IMG/VR virus record: IMGVR_UViG_3300031521_000054
Coordinates: 312 to 64,311 of that record
Length of the DNA: 64,000 nt
Strand: one strand, 5' to 3'
Source of the DNA: a virus
Lineage: Duplodnaviria > Caudoviricetes
Part shown: one piece after another, positions 20,839 through 32,552 of the stretch
Layout: each line of letters begins with the position of its first letter
How positions within the stretch are numbered: position 1 is the stretch's first letter
The notes under the pieces: generated by a model
Databases searched by the model: none
Seen by the model: only the letters and a program-made list of their open reading frames with translations
Told to the model about the DNA's origin: nothing
Program-made: the position numbers and the translations under genes

Positions 20839-21288
20839 ATGACAACACTTTACACTGATTATACGGATGCTTACGATGCTTACATGCAAGCAATTAGTAA
20901 TGGAGTAACGGATTTAACAGGTTATTTGAATCTTTCCGATGTAAATCTTGGAGTTATTTTGGTAGATAATACATATGTTCCTGATCCTTCTCATAAACCT
21001 TGGGAAATTACAGGATATATTCTTGCAGCTCCAAATGCTTTATGGGAAGATGTAATTGAAACACAAGGAATGTCTGAAATCGTTTCACGTCTGAAAGCTC
21101 GTTTGAAAGCTTATGCTGAAAGAAATCCATCAGAAATTGCTGAAGCATACAGGATGGAATTTAATGAACCTTCAGAAGGAATGAACAATGTTTGGCAAAA
21201 ATTGATTGACAAAGGTGCAAAGTATTTAATAATTTATTCAACACCACTTCAGATTTGTTGTTTCGCTGAAGAAATAACAGCAATCTAA
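20839..21288 (+). CDS. Hypothetical protein
   Basis: 149 aa, tightly packed between structural genes. Confidence 0.6.
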   Translation: MTTLYTDYTDAYDAYMQAISNGVTDLTGYLNLSDVNLGVILVDNTYVPDPSHKPWEITGYILAAPNALWEDVIETQGMSEIVSRLKARLKAYAERNPSEIAEAYRMEFNEPSEGMNNVWQKLIDKGAKYLIIYSTPLQICCFAEEITAI

Positions 21289-21289
21289 T

Positions 21290-24200
21290 ATGACACAAAA
21301 ATTTTGGGTAGGGAACGGCGGCAATTGGAATGACACTACACATTGGTCTTTAATCAGTGGGGGTGCATCCGGTGCCGCCGTTCCCACTTTAGCAGATAAT
21401 GTTAGATTCGATGCATTAAGTTTCACAATTACTGGACAAACCGTAACTGGTAATGCAATAATGGAATGTCTTGATCTTGATTGGACCGGTATAGTAAATG
21501 CTCCATCATTTGTATCAAGTGTTTATTCTATAAATATTTATGGAAATTTAACATTATGGTTAGGTCTGAATTGGTCATTTACAGGAACTGCATACACAAA
21601 TTTAAAACCAGTATCAGTTTGTAATATTACTGGTAATGGAACAAATTGTTCATATAATATTTTATATTTAGATTCAGTTAATGGTGTTTTTAATAACTTA
21701 GATGATTTTGGTGGAAATCCTAAGCTTATGTTGAACGAAGGTACATGGAATACTAATGATCATAAAATCTCAATAGCTTATATATATCCGCAAGAAACTC
21801 CAAACACAAACAATAAAAGAATACTTAATTTAGGTAGTTCAAGAGTTGTTACTGCAATATTTGCCATTGCATACAATAATTATGTTAAAATCAACTATGG
21901 TACATCGACTATTGAATTATATAGTAGTAATTACATGTACTTTACAACACAGAATAATGTTTATAATTTGGAATGTAAAAATGGATTAAATGTATGGGGA
22001 TCAGGTAGAGGACCTTTTATAATTAATTCACTTACATTAAGTAATAAAATAGTGCTTAATAATTCTGATTTCATAGTTGAAAATTTAACTATTTTACCAA
22101 CAGCATCTTTTATCAGAACTTCAATATGGGCATTAACATATTCAAATATTACCGTTGATCCAGCAAAAGTATCAATAGCATCTTGTGATTTTACGAATAT
22201 TAAATTCACAAATCCAATTGATTTATCAGCTATTACAGGAGGATCAGGTGACTGTGGTGGTAACACAGGAATAACTTTCACCCCATCTCAAACTCAATAT
22301 TATAAACATACTTCAGGTGCTTGTAATTGGACAGATGCTAAATGGTTTACTGATAGGTTGACAAGAGTAATTCCTGGAAGAATGCCACTTCCTCAAGATG
22401 ATCCAATTCTTGATGCTGCTTCTTTTACAGGTGCAAGTACATTAACCATCAATACAATAATAATAGGTCGTAATGTTGATATGAGTGGGGTAGCATTTCC
22501 AGTTGCTGTAAATACAACTTATGCTATTGAAATATACGGTAATTTCATATTGGGTAATTATATTACTCCAACAACTGTGATGGTTAATTTGCTTGGTAGA
22601 GGTAATCATGATTGTAAAACATTCAATAAAGCAATATGGTCATTATCTTTTGGTTCAACAGGAACATATACTTTACAAAGTGACCTTACCACAAATTTAC
22701 AAATACAAACAAGTGGTTATGGAACAACGTTAAAAGGTAATGGATTTAATGTAACTTGTAGATATTTACTTAATGGAACAGCATTAGATAAAATATATTT
22801 TGGTAGTGGAACTTGGACATATTGTTTACCAACAGCTGGAAGTGCTAATTCATGGGCATATGCTGGAACTGGAGCTACAACATATTATGAAACATCAACA
22901 GTAATTTATACTTCAACTTATACAACAATGGCTGGTGTTTTACAAGTACCAGCATCAGGAGCATATAATATTTTACGAATAGGTAATATTCCATCAATAA
23001 TAAATATAAATTTAACAGGTATTTTTACAGCAAATCAATTAATAGTTGATTCAAATAATAAAATATTTTTTCTTAATAATCAAACATTTACAGTAGCTAA
23101 ATTAAAAGCTCTTGGAAAACCTGGTGCTTTAATAACATTAGGTTCACAAACTCCTGGTTCAAAATTTACATTAAATATAACATCAGCAGACAATTTAATC
23201 GATTATATATCGGTTTCAGATTGTACAATGACAACAGTAAGACCTGCTGGATTAAATTCAGTAAATGTTTCTAACAATACTGGATGGGATTTTACATCAT
23301 CAATAATTCGTTATTGGATTGGAGATACAGGTAATTTCACTGATGTTGCACATTGGTCTCTTCAATCTGGCGGTGTTTCAAACACAATTGCACCAACATT
23401 AACAGAAAATGCAATTTGGGATAGGAACTCGTTCACAGTTATTAATCAAACAGTAACAGGTAATGCTGTTATGAATTGTCTTACAATAGATTGGTCAGAT
23501 GTAACTAAAGCTTGTAATTTTATAAGTACTGTTTATTCTTTGAATATTTATGGTTCATTAATATTGGGAATTAATGTTGTTTGGAATTTTACTGGTACAG
23601 CATATACGAATATGGTTTGTACCGATAGTAGAACAATAACAAATAATGCTAATCCTGGAGCACTTTTTAATAATTTATATTTGGGTAGTGCAACTGCTGT
23701 CATTACTCATCAAGATAATTTCAATGCTCAATCAAATGTAACTCTTGTTGGTGGTACATGGAATACAAATGATAAAAGATTTGATATACAAGCACGTTCA
23801 ATAGTTGCAGCAAACAATGCAAATATAAAAACTATAAATTTTGGTTCATCAATAGTAATAGCAAAATGGATTGTTGGAGATAATTGGGGACAATGTGTTT
23901 TTAATGCTGGAACTTCTACATTACACGCAACAGGAGCACAATTTTATACTGGTAAATTACAATATTATAATGTTACATTTCCAGGAGTTGGAAGTTGGGA
24001 ATTATGGATTTCTTCAAATAGTTCAGCATATTGTGAATTAAAAGTTACCAATACATTAACGATAAATGGATTAAATTCATCTAATGCAAGATGTAGATTC
24101 AAAAAATATAGTGGTGCTGCTGTTTGTAATGTAACAGCTGCTAATGTTATTGCATCCAATATTGATATAGAAAACATAACATTCACTAATCCGATAGATT

Positions 24201-27200
24201 TATCATTAGTACCTGGTGGATCATCAGATTTTGGAGGAAATGTAAATGTTATTTTTACTCCATCAGCACAATTATATTACAAAGGTACAACAGGAGCACA
24301 TAATTGGGATGCTAACTGGAAACTTGCTGACAGAATTACTCCAGCACGTATACCACTTGTTCAGGATGATGTGTTTTTTGATGCTCAATCATTCACAGGA
24401 CCTGCAACACTTACATTGAATCAACCAGCAATTTGTAGAAGTATGAATTGGACTGGACAAAACAAAGCAGTAACTTTCACAGGAAGTGTTTATACTTTGG
24501 CAATATATGGGGACTTAATTTTATATGCTGGATTGACTTGGACATTTACAGGCACTTCTGCATTGTATTTTAAAGCATTCGATGATAGAACTATTCAAAG
24601 TTCTGGTGTTACAATATCGCCAAATAACACGTATTTTGATGGACCGGGTTCATGGACAAATTTAGACACTTTCTCAGTAAATGGTTACACATGGTTAAAC
24701 CAAGGCACATGGAATATGAATGGGTGTACTATCAATGCACTTATACGTTGTGAAACCGGTTCGGCTACAAGAGTTATCAACATGTCATCATCATATGTAA
24801 CCGGATGGTTCAGAATGATTGCTATGACTAATCTTATAATAAACCCAGGTACTTCTACAGTAGAATGCAACGTAGGTTATGTTAACGGACAATCAGGTTT
24901 AGTAAAATTGTCATTGAACAATGTTGTAATAAAAGACAGCGGTGCTGCTGGACAATGGTTAGCATATTTAACATGTAACAATTTAACTTTTGCAAATACT
25001 GGGGGTACAAATAATTCATATTTGAATGGAGATGTAACCGTAACAAATAACTTAACGATAACAGGCGACAATACAATACGTCGATTTGTATCAAGTACTG
25101 TAATGAGTGCACAAAGAACTATTACAGTAGACCCAACAAAAATATTCGCAACTTATTGTGAATTTAGAGACATCAAATTCTCTTCTCCAGTAGATTTGTC
25201 TAATGTAACTGGTGGTTGTGGTGATGGTGGTGGTAATGCAAACATAACTTTTGTAACTGCACAAACATTGTATTACAAACACACTTCTGGTGCTTGCAAT
25301 TGGGCAGATGCTAAATGGTTCACCACTTCTGGTGGCTCGATTGTCGGAAGAACACCTCTATTGCATGACTTAATTATTTTTGATGCGAACTCTTTTACTG
25401 GTGCAAGTACGTTAACCATAAATGTGCCTCGTATCGGAGATTTAGATATGAGTGCGGTTAATCAGCCAATCTCGATACCCGCATTTAATATGGAATGTAA
25501 TGGTGGATTCGTAATAAACATAAACATAACTTTTACTTCTGCTGGTGTTAATTTTTTGGCTTTGGTTGGTAACAGTACGCACAGACTTGAAACGAAATAC
25601 ATTGCATTGAATGGTTATTTGAACGTAAACCGTGGTACGTACAAATGCGAATCCGGCATAAATCTTGGAATTTACAACACTTCACAATTGAGTGTCAATG
25701 GCACTGCATCTTTGGATTTAAACGGATTCAATTTTTACGGCATAACAATGAACACAAGTAATACTGCGTGCACACTAAAAATGGGTACTGGTACTATGTA
25801 CTTAGCAGGCAATGGTTCGTATTGTTCAAAAGTGGTATTCTACCCATTAAGCAATGTTTCCAATAATGGAACAATGCAATTTTTCAATACAGCAACCCCA
25901 TCTGATACTCATGGGTTTAATGCTGCAGGAAAAACTATAAACAGAGTAGTGTTTTCTGGTACAGGGACAAAAAGTTTAGATATTTCTAATGCTTGTACTA
26001 TAAATGAATTAGAAATAACTCCAAATAAAACAGTAAAATTTCTTGCAGGTGCAACAATTAATATTGGTAAATTAAAAGCACCTGGAAAACCAAGTGCATT
26101 AATAACATTATCATCATTAACACCAACTTCAAAATATACATTAAATATTACATCTGAAGACAATCTAATCGATTATATATCTGTTTCAGATTGTACAATG
26201 ACAACACCACGTTCTGCTGGATTAAATTCAGTAAATGTTTCAAATAATACTGGATGGGATTTTGTTTCATCAATTATTCGTTATTGGATAGCAGACACAG
26301 GTAACTTCACAGATGCTGCTCACTGGTCAAAACAATCAGGAGGTGTTTCAAACACAATAGCACCAACATTAACAGAAAATGCAATTTGGGATAGAAACTC
26401 TTTTTCAGCAATAAGCAAAATAGTTACAGGTGATGCAATTATGAATTGTCTAACTATGGACTGGTCAGATATAACAAAATCTTGTAGTTTTGTTAGTTCT
26501 GTTTATAATTTGAATATTTATGGTTCATTATCATTAAGTTCATTACTTGCATGGGCATTTACTTCCACAGCTTATGGTTATATGAAAGCTGTGGACTCAC
26601 GAAATATAACAAATAATGGTTGTTCAATACCAAATTATTTTTACATAAATGCTTCAGGTACTATAACTCAACAAGATACAATGTTTTGTTTAATTCATTG
26701 TTTTTTGACAGGAACTTATAACACAAATGATAAAACAATAAATGCTAATTCATATCAATTTGTTAATGGTACAACATCAATAGTAAATTTTGGAAATAGT
26801 ACGTTAAATCTTGCAAATGGAATAACAGTAAATGCTGGAACTGAAACTTTAAATGCTGGGACATCAACAATTGTTGTTGGTCAATCAGCTGATTGGTTTC
26901 TTGGAGGAAATAAAACATATAATAATGTTATAGTTGAGACAACCAATAGAGTAATGAATGGTTATATAGCTAATTTCACATGTGTTAATTTCACACGTCG
27001 AGTGGTATCTAATGTTGCTGTTGTTTGTAATTGTCCTGTTAATAGTAACTTCACAGTAACGGGAATATTAACATTAACAGGTTATGATTTATCAAGTAGA
27101 TTATTAATAAATAGTTATTCTGCTGGAACACAAAGAACAATAACTGCTGATACATCTAAGATCATATTAGCATATGTTGATTTTCAAGATATTAATTTTA

Positions 27201-30200
27201 CAAATCCAATAGATACAACAAATATTTTGGGTTTATCTGGAGATGCTGGTAATAATTCAAACATAACATTCGTACCTTCTCAAACACAATTTTTTAAAGT
27301 TCTTAGTACTGGTACTAAATATTGGAATGGTTTAAATTGGTTTACAACATCAGGAGGAAGTGTTGTTAGTAGAATGCCATTATTGCATGATAGTATTATA
27401 TTCGATCAAAATTCATTTGTTGGTGCTACAACACTTAACATGAACATATATCGTATTGGGAAAAATCTTGATATGTCATTGGTAAACCAAGTAATAACAG
27501 TGCCAGGAACACCAGGTATTGTTTGTTATGGTAATTTCATACTTGGAACAAACATATTATCAACAATTAATCTTGTAATGTCATCACGTACATTGGTTAA
27601 TATTAATACATACGGTAAAACCTTATGGAATCTTAATCAAACATATGCGAGTTCAATAAATCTTCTTAGTGATTTAACTGTATTTGGAGGTAGTTCTTTT
27701 TACACAGGACCTTGGGGAATTTATGTTAATGGTTACACATTATCATTACCATTTATAGTATATGCTTCAGGTGGATTTACATTAAACATGGGTACTGGTA
27801 CTCTTATATTAACAGGAGCATATTCAGGCAATACACCATTACAATTATCTCCTGGAACTTATGATTTCTCAAAAGCAACAATACGCGTACAAACAGCTGG
27901 TTCAGGTGAATATAATGTTTTTTCAACATATGCAGGATTAATAAACAAACTTATATTGGAAGGTGCATGTACAGGAAATTATAAATTAATTCAATGGGGA
28001 TCATATAATGAACTTTTGATAAAAGAAGGACTCAAAGTTAAAATGAATGCTTTAGCAACAAATACAATTGGTAAAATTAAAATGCTTGGTAAACCAGGTT
28101 CTTTAATAACAATGTATTCTGAAACTCCTGGTACAAAATTCAACTTGAACATAACATCTTCAGATAATCTTATTGATTATGTAAGTTTCCAGGATTGTAC
28201 ATTTGTAACTCCTCAACCTGTTGGACAAAATTCAGTAAATGTTTCAAACAATACTGGATTAGATTTCGCAACAGCAATACATCGTTATTGGATTGGTGAT
28301 ACAGGAAATTTCAATGACAATAACCATTGGTCATTACAATCTGGTGGAGTTGCTAACACAACTTATCCAACTGCAATAGTTAATGCTTTAGTTGATAGAA
28401 ATTCATTCTCAGCAATTGGGAAAGTTATAACAATGAATGGTATTGGTAATTGTTTAACTCTTGACTTATCCGATATAACAAAAACAGCAAGTTTAGTTGG
28501 AACAGTTTATTCATTAAATGTTTTTGGATCATTAACATTAGGTGTTGGATTAACATGGACATTCACAGGAACATCATATTTGAATCTAAAAGCTACTGAT
28601 ATAAGAGCGATAACTATGAATGGTGTTTCAGCAGCAACAAATAGAATGATATTTGATGGAGTTAATGGAACTTGGATAAATCAAGATAATATGACTCTTT
28701 CAGGTTCATATATTTATTTAACAAATGGAACTTGGAATACAAACAATAAAACAATAAATGTTGGAATAATCATTTCACAACCAGGAACAAAAACATTAAC
28801 TTTAGGTTCTTCAGATATTACATTTGGTGGGGTAATACTTGATAATAATAACATAAATTTAACAGTAAATGCTGGAACAAGCATAGTTAGATCATTAGCT
28901 AATGCTTTTACAGCTGCAACATGTGTTTTTAATGATTTATTCATACGTTGCACAAATGGTGGAATAAGTACAACATTCATAAGTTGCAATAATTTAACTA
29001 TTTATAATTTAACAAATTTCATAACAGGTTGTATTTCAATTGTCGGAAATATTACAATTAACAAAAATTTCAATATTATTGGTGTTAATAATAACATTTA
29101 TAGATTGATGTTAAATAGTGATAAAAATAATGGAATAATCACAGTTGATCCAACAAAAGTATTTGCATCAAACGTTGATTTTGCTGATATTAAATTTGCA
29201 ACTCCAATTGATTTATCTGCAATTCCAGGTGGAGCAGGAGATTGTGGTGGTAATTCAAACATAACTTTCTCTCCAGCTATTGAACAATTTTGGGTTGGTA
29301 ATGCAGGAAACTGGTCAGATCAAAATCATTGGGCATCTGTTTCAAATGGTATTGCTGGTTCAGGAAGAATGCCTCTGCCACAAGATTTTGCTAAGGTTGA
29401 CGATGCAAGTTTCACTGTTCCAGGAACAATAACAGTAAACGTTCCAAGACTTTGTAAAAAATTAGACATGTCATCCAGCACCAAGGATATAACATTTTTT
29501 AATAATATCTCCTTATCGGAATTTTATGGTGACTTTATTTTGGGTCCTAAAGTAATTTCAACTGGAACAACAATAGCATTTATTGGACGTGGCACTTTTG
29601 ATATGAATACTTTCAATAAAACAGTAAATGTTCGCATCAAAAAATCAGCTACTTATAATTTACGTAGTGATTTTACTGGTTCTCTATTGATTGAAGGAAA
29701 TTTCTATACCAATGATTATGTGTTGAATATTATCACTGATAGATTAATGTCATACTCTAGTAGTCAATTATGGCTAGGAAATAGTATTGTGAATTTAATT
29801 ACTCAAGGAATTGGTGGTGAATTACTTTTAAATGCTGGTGGACAATTATTTTCACAAAATTCTATCATTAATGTATTGTCAGATTTTCCTTCAGATGTAT
29901 ATTTATCAATGGATGGTTGGAGTTTAAATAAGGTTGTAATTGATGGAACATTCCCAGGAAATTGCAAAATAACAGGTTCTAATACATTTAATGAATTAAT
30001 AATCAAAGAAGGTAAGAAAATAGCTTTCGCGGCTTATGCAACACAAATATTCAATACAATTAAAACATTAAGCACTCATAAAAAGAAAATAACAATTGGA
30101 TCAACAATTCCTGGAACTCAAGCAATGCTTGTTAAGAATGGTTTACCAATAGTTGAAATTGAAAATGTCATTATATCTGACATAAATGCTTCACCAAATG

Positions 30201-30295
30201 AAAAATGGTACTTAGGCGACAATTCTAAGAATAATGGAAATAATTCTGGTTTGATATTTGAATCATCTTATATTCCACCTTATTCATGGATGTAA
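21290..30295 (+). CDS. Giant nine-module beta-solenoid adhesin-like protein (3001 aa)
   Basis: Nine ~330-aa modules beginning W(V/I)G..GN(W/F).D..HWS or YYK...G..NW, each followed by P...D...D..SF. Confidence 0.8.
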   Translation: MTQKFWVGNGGNWNDTTHWSLISGGASGAAVPTLADNVRFDALSFTITGQTVTGNAIMECLDLDWTGIVNAPSFVSSVYSINIYGNLTLWLGLNWSFTGTAYTNLKPVSVCNITGNGTNCSYNILYLDSVNGVFNNLDDFGGNPKLMLNEGTWNTNDHKISIAYIYPQETPNTNNKRILNLGSSRVVTAIFAIAYNNYVKINYGTSTIELYSSNYMYFTTQNNVYNLECKNGLNVWGSGRGPFIINSLTLSNKIVLNNSDFIVENLTILPTASFIRTSIWALTYSNITVDPAKVSIASCDFTNIKFTNPIDLSAITGGSGDCGGNTGITFTPSQTQYYKHTSGACNWTDAKWFTDRLTRVIPGRMPLPQDDPILDAASFTGASTLTINTIIIGRNVDMSGVAFPVAVNTTYAIEIYGNFILGNYITPTTVMVNLLGRGNHDCKTFNKAIWSLSFGSTGTYTLQSDLTTNLQIQTSGYGTTLKGNGFNVTCRYLLNGTALDKIYFGSGTWTYCLPTAGSANSWAYAGTGATTYYETSTVIYTSTYTTMAGVLQVPASGAYNILRIGNIPSIININLTGIFTANQLIVDSNNKIFFLNNQTFTVAKLKALGKPGALITLGSQTPGSKFTLNITSADNLIDYISVSDCTMTTVRPAGLNSVNVSNNTGWDFTSSIIRYWIGDTGNFTDVAHWSLQSGGVSNTIAPTLTENAIWDRNSFTVINQTVTGNAVMNCLTIDWSDVTKACNFISTVYSLNIYGSLILGINVVWNFTGTAYTNMVCTDSRTITNNANPGALFNNLYLGSATAVITHQDNFNAQSNVTLVGGTWNTNDKRFDIQARSIVAANNANIKTINFGSSIVIAKWIVGDNWGQCVFNAGTSTLHATGAQFYTGKLQYYNVTFPGVGSWELWISSNSSAYCELKVTNTLTINGLNSSNARCRFKKYSGAAVCNVTAANVIASNIDIENITFTNPIDLSLVPGGSSDFGGNVNVIFTPSAQLYYKGTTGAHNWDANWKLADRITPARIPLVQDDVFFDAQSFTGPATLTLNQPAICRSMNWTGQNKAVTFTGSVYTLAIYGDLILYAGLTWTFTGTSALYFKAFDDRTIQSSGVTISPNNTYFDGPGSWTNLDTFSVNGYTWLNQGTWNMNGCTINALIRCETGSATRVINMSSSYVTGWFRMIAMTNLIINPGTSTVECNVGYVNGQSGLVKLSLNNVVIKDSGAAGQWLAYLTCNNLTFANTGGTNNSYLNGDVTVTNNLTITGDNTIRRFVSSTVMSAQRTITVDPTKIFATYCEFRDIKFSSPVDLSNVTGGCGDGGGNANITFVTAQTLYYKHTSGACNWADAKWFTTSGGSIVGRTPLLHDLIIFDANSFTGASTLTINVPRIGDLDMSAVNQPISIPAFNMECNGGFVININITFTSAGVNFLALVGNSTHRLETKYIALNGYLNVNRGTYKCESGINLGIYNTSQLSVNGTASLDLNGFNFYGITMNTSNTACTLKMGTGTMYLAGNGSYCSKVVFYPLSNVSNNGTMQFFNTATPSDTHGFNAAGKTINRVVFSGTGTKSLDISNACTINELEITPNKTVKFLAGATINIGKLKAPGKPSALITLSSLTPTSKYTLNITSEDNLIDYISVSDCTMTTPRSAGLNSVNVSNNTGWDFVSSIIRYWIADTGNFTDAAHWSKQSGGVSNTIAPTLTENAIWDRNSFSAISKIVTGDAIMNCLTMDWSDITKSCSFVSSVYNLNIYGSLSLSSLLAWAFTSTAYGYMKAVDSRNITNNGCSIPNYFYINASGTITQQDTMFCLIHCFLTGTYNTNDKTINANSYQFVNGTTSIVNFGNSTLNLANGITVNAGTETLNAGTSTIVVGQSADWFLGGNKTYNNVIVETTNRVMNGYIANFTCVNFTRRVVSNVAVVCNCPVNSNFTVTGILTLTGYDLSSRLLINSYSAGTQRTITADTSKIILAYVDFQDINFTNPIDTTNILGLSGDAGNNSNITFVPSQTQFFKVLSTGTKYWNGLNWFTTSGGSVVSRMPLLHDSIIFDQNSFVGATTLNMNIYRIGKNLDMSLVNQVITVPGTPGIVCYGNFILGTNILSTINLVMSSRTLVNINTYGKTLWNLNQTYASSINLLSDLTVFGGSSFYTGPWGIYVNGYTLSLPFIVYASGGFTLNMGTGTLILTGAYSGNTPLQLSPGTYDFSKATIRVQTAGSGEYNVFSTYAGLINKLILEGACTGNYKLIQWGSYNELLIKEGLKVKMNALATNTIGKIKMLGKPGSLITMYSETPGTKFNLNITSSDNLIDYVSFQDCTFVTPQPVGQNSVNVSNNTGLDFATAIHRYWIGDTGNFNDNNHWSLQSGGVANTTYPTAIVNALVDRNSFSAIGKVITMNGIGNCLTLDLSDITKTASLVGTVYSLNVFGSLTLGVGLTWTFTGTSYLNLKATDIRAITMNGVSAATNRMIFDGVNGTWINQDNMTLSGSYIYLTNGTWNTNNKTINVGIIISQPGTKTLTLGSSDITFGGVILDNNNINLTVNAGTSIVRSLANAFTAATCVFNDLFIRCTNGGISTTFISCNNLTIYNLTNFITGCISIVGNITINKNFNIIGVNNNIYRLMLNSDKNNGIITVDPTKVFASNVDFADIKFATPIDLSAIPGGAGDCGGNSNITFSPAIEQFWVGNAGNWSDQNHWASVSNGIAGSGRMPLPQDFAKVDDASFTVPGTITVNVPRLCKKLDMSSSTKDITFFNNISLSEFYGDFILGPKVISTGTTIAFIGRGTFDMNTFNKTVNVRIKKSATYNLRSDFTGSLLIEGNFYTNDYVLNIITDRLMSYSSSQLWLGNSIVNLITQGIGGELLLNAGGQLFSQNSIINVLSDFPSDVYLSMDGWSLNKVVIDGTFPGNCKITGSNTFNELIIKEGKKIAFAAYATQIFNTIKTLSTHKKKITIGSTIPGTQAMLVKNGLPIVEIENVIISDINASPNEKWYLGDNSKNNGNNSGLIFESSYIPPYSWM

Positions 30296-30320
30296 TAAAT
30301 AATTTAAACAAATAATCAAA

Positions 30321-30872
30321 ATGAATAAACTTTTTTTATTTTTGGAATCAATAAACACGACTAAAAAATTCAATCGTGTTATGATATTTATTTTCAATCC
30401 AATATTTCTTCTATTGGAATATCTTGTTTACAGATATTATTGGAAAACATTAATTCTTCCTGAATTGATTACTAACGATGATATTTTTAGTTTTCTTGAC
30501 AAGAATGAATTTGGATTCGAAAAGGGTAGAATTACGAAGAAAGATTTGTTTGATGACAATGAATTTTATGAATCACTTAACATGGATGAAGCCAAAGTTA
30601 AGTTGAAAGAAGAATTTGTTGGAACAATATCTGATCTATTATCGAAGAAAACTATGTTTGATATTGAAGAATATCTTACGTTAATAGTTACAACCGAATA
30701 TGTTATAACCAAAAATCAAGGAGAAACTTATCAGAATAAAGTCTATACTGTTTATCTTCAGTTTTGTCGATATTATTATTTAATGCAAAGACTAAGAAAT
30801 TTTACTTCTTGGATTGTATTAGTTTTATTGTTGTCAATATCGGTTTATTTTGGATTGAAATTCATTCCATAA
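30321..30872 (+). CDS. Membrane protein
   Basis: 183 aa with N- and C-terminal hydrophobic segments. Confidence 0.6.
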   Translation: MNKLFLFLESINTTKKFNRVMIFIFNPIFLLLEYLVYRYYWKTLILPELITNDDIFSFLDKNEFGFEKGRITKKDLFDDNEFYESLNMDEAKVKLKEEFVGTISDLLSKKTMFDIEEYLTLIVTTEYVITKNQGETYQNKVYTVYLQFCRYYYLMQRLRNFTSWIVLVLLLSISVYFGLKFIP

Positions 30873-30892
30873 TTTAACCCATTAATGAATAT
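30863..30892 (+). promoter_or_regulatory. Bipartite phage promoter/operator motif
   Basis: CATTCCAT-N14-ATGAATAT. Confidence 0.6.
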
Positions 30893-30933
30893 AATAAGTA
30901 TAGAAAATTCACATTTAATCATAATTTATAAAA

Positions 30934-32523
30934 ATGAAAAATCAAAACAAAATTGGAACAGAAGAAATTTTTAACAAACAACAAAATTTTTTCTACAATA
31001 CTATCAAGAAATTTCTTGATGAAAAAATAATTGCTAATACTCTTGAAAAAGAATTAGCAGGAATAATTTTACATCTGAGTACAAACAAAAATTTGAATGC
31101 TTCAGAATTTGAATTATTAGGTAGTTTGTCTTATCTTGTTGGTATTGATTACACAAATCAAGCTTTCATTGGCAAAGAAATTTCTGCAAATGTAACTGCC
31201 CGGTTTAAACAATTCAATCTTTCAATGAATGTTGTTGCTCTTTATGTTGACTGTATTGATCTTATCAAAGATGAGACTTCTTTCCAGGAAGCTAAAGATA
31301 AAATGAAATCTTTGATTTTTGATAAGATTATTTTCCAATCAAAATCAATGGAACATAAAAATGTTCAGTTGAATGTTCTTCGTTCAGACATTGTTCGTTT
31401 TTTTAATACTATTGTTATTCCTGTAAATATGGCTTCAGGTGTTGAAGAAATTAAAGCCAAAAAAGAATACATTTACGAGGATTTGTTAAAAATCAGCACA
31501 TTGATTCAGACACAATCCAAAATTCCTGGAAATGCAATCAAAAGATTCATAAAGATCGTAAACAATCCGTTGTATATGGAACTTATGGAACGCAGCATGG
31601 TTTATTTCGACAAACAAAAATTTGCTGTTGTTTATTTGGATTCGATCTTAAGTGTTAAGGAATCTTTCACAAAATTAGGTGATGATTCAAAAACTCTTTT
31701 GAAAAGCATTATTTTTGGAAACGAAATTGCAGAAGAAATCTACACAAAATTAAAAGCTGATTTTGATGCACAAGTTGTTCCTGAAGTTGTTGCCGAAGTT
31801 GCTCCAGAAGATGGTGATGTTGCTTATGTTCCTCATTACACAAGTGAAGAAGTAAATAAATTGATGTCTAACGACCAGGATGAATTTATCAAAGAAATTC
31901 TATGCGATATGATCAAATCAGATCTTGAAGTTGAAGATCAGGTTATTGATGGAATTACAAGAATTTTAATTGATGATGATTATAGTCAACATTTATATTC
32001 GTATTTGAAATCGAATATGTCTAATCCTCATCGTTCAAAAGAAAATTTCAACAGATCATATCCGAAAATTAATCTTGCAACAATTGTTGAAAGAATAAAT
32101 AAAATCGAAGAAGATTTCAAATCCGAATATAAAACACTTGTTGAACTTGCATGTAAACCAATACCGGGAGACATTCTCCATAAAGTTGTAGGTTATGTTA
32201 ATGCAACAATTGAAGGTGTTATCCTTTCAAATGATGAACAGAAACAATATTTGATTTCTCAAATCATGGAAAATGGAATCAGCACATATAATCAATTACA
32301 ACAAATTGTTGGAATGATTGAAACTTGTGATATATCCGGTGCAGATTCGTTATCATATGTTACTCTTTACAAGTATTTGAATAATACACCTGAAATATTA
32401 GAGGTGTTTGAAAAATCTGGAGAAATTGAAAAATTCACAAATCAAATTGCGATCGTTAAAGGTTTCAGAGAATGGTTTGAGTATTACGTTACTCCGGTTA
32501 CACCTCTTGTGGTTGAAAAATAA
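30934..32523 (+). CDS. Hypothetical helical protein
   Basis: 529 aa, bounded by its own promoter motif and a terminator. Confidence 0.65.
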   Translation: MKNQNKIGTEEIFNKQQNFFYNTIKKFLDEKIIANTLEKELAGIILHLSTNKNLNASEFELLGSLSYLVGIDYTNQAFIGKEISANVTARFKQFNLSMNVVALYVDCIDLIKDETSFQEAKDKMKSLIFDKIIFQSKSMEHKNVQLNVLRSDIVRFFNTIVIPVNMASGVEEIKAKKEYIYEDLLKISTLIQTQSKIPGNAIKRFIKIVNNPLYMELMERSMVYFDKQKFAVVYLDSILSVKESFTKLGDDSKTLLKSIIFGNEIAEEIYTKLKADFDAQVVPEVVAEVAPEDGDVAYVPHYTSEEVNKLMSNDQDEFIKEILCDMIKSDLEVEDQVIDGITRILIDDDYSQHLYSYLKSNMSNPHRSKENFNRSYPKINLATIVERINKIEEDFKSEYKTLVELACKPIPGDILHKVVGYVNATIEGVILSNDEQKQYLISQIMENGISTYNQLQQIVGMIETCDISGADSLSYVTLYKYLNNTPEILEVFEKSGEIEKFTNQIAIVKGFREWFEYYVTPVTPLVVEK

Positions 32524-32552
32524 ACTCGTTCTTTGAAATTACAACTAAAACT

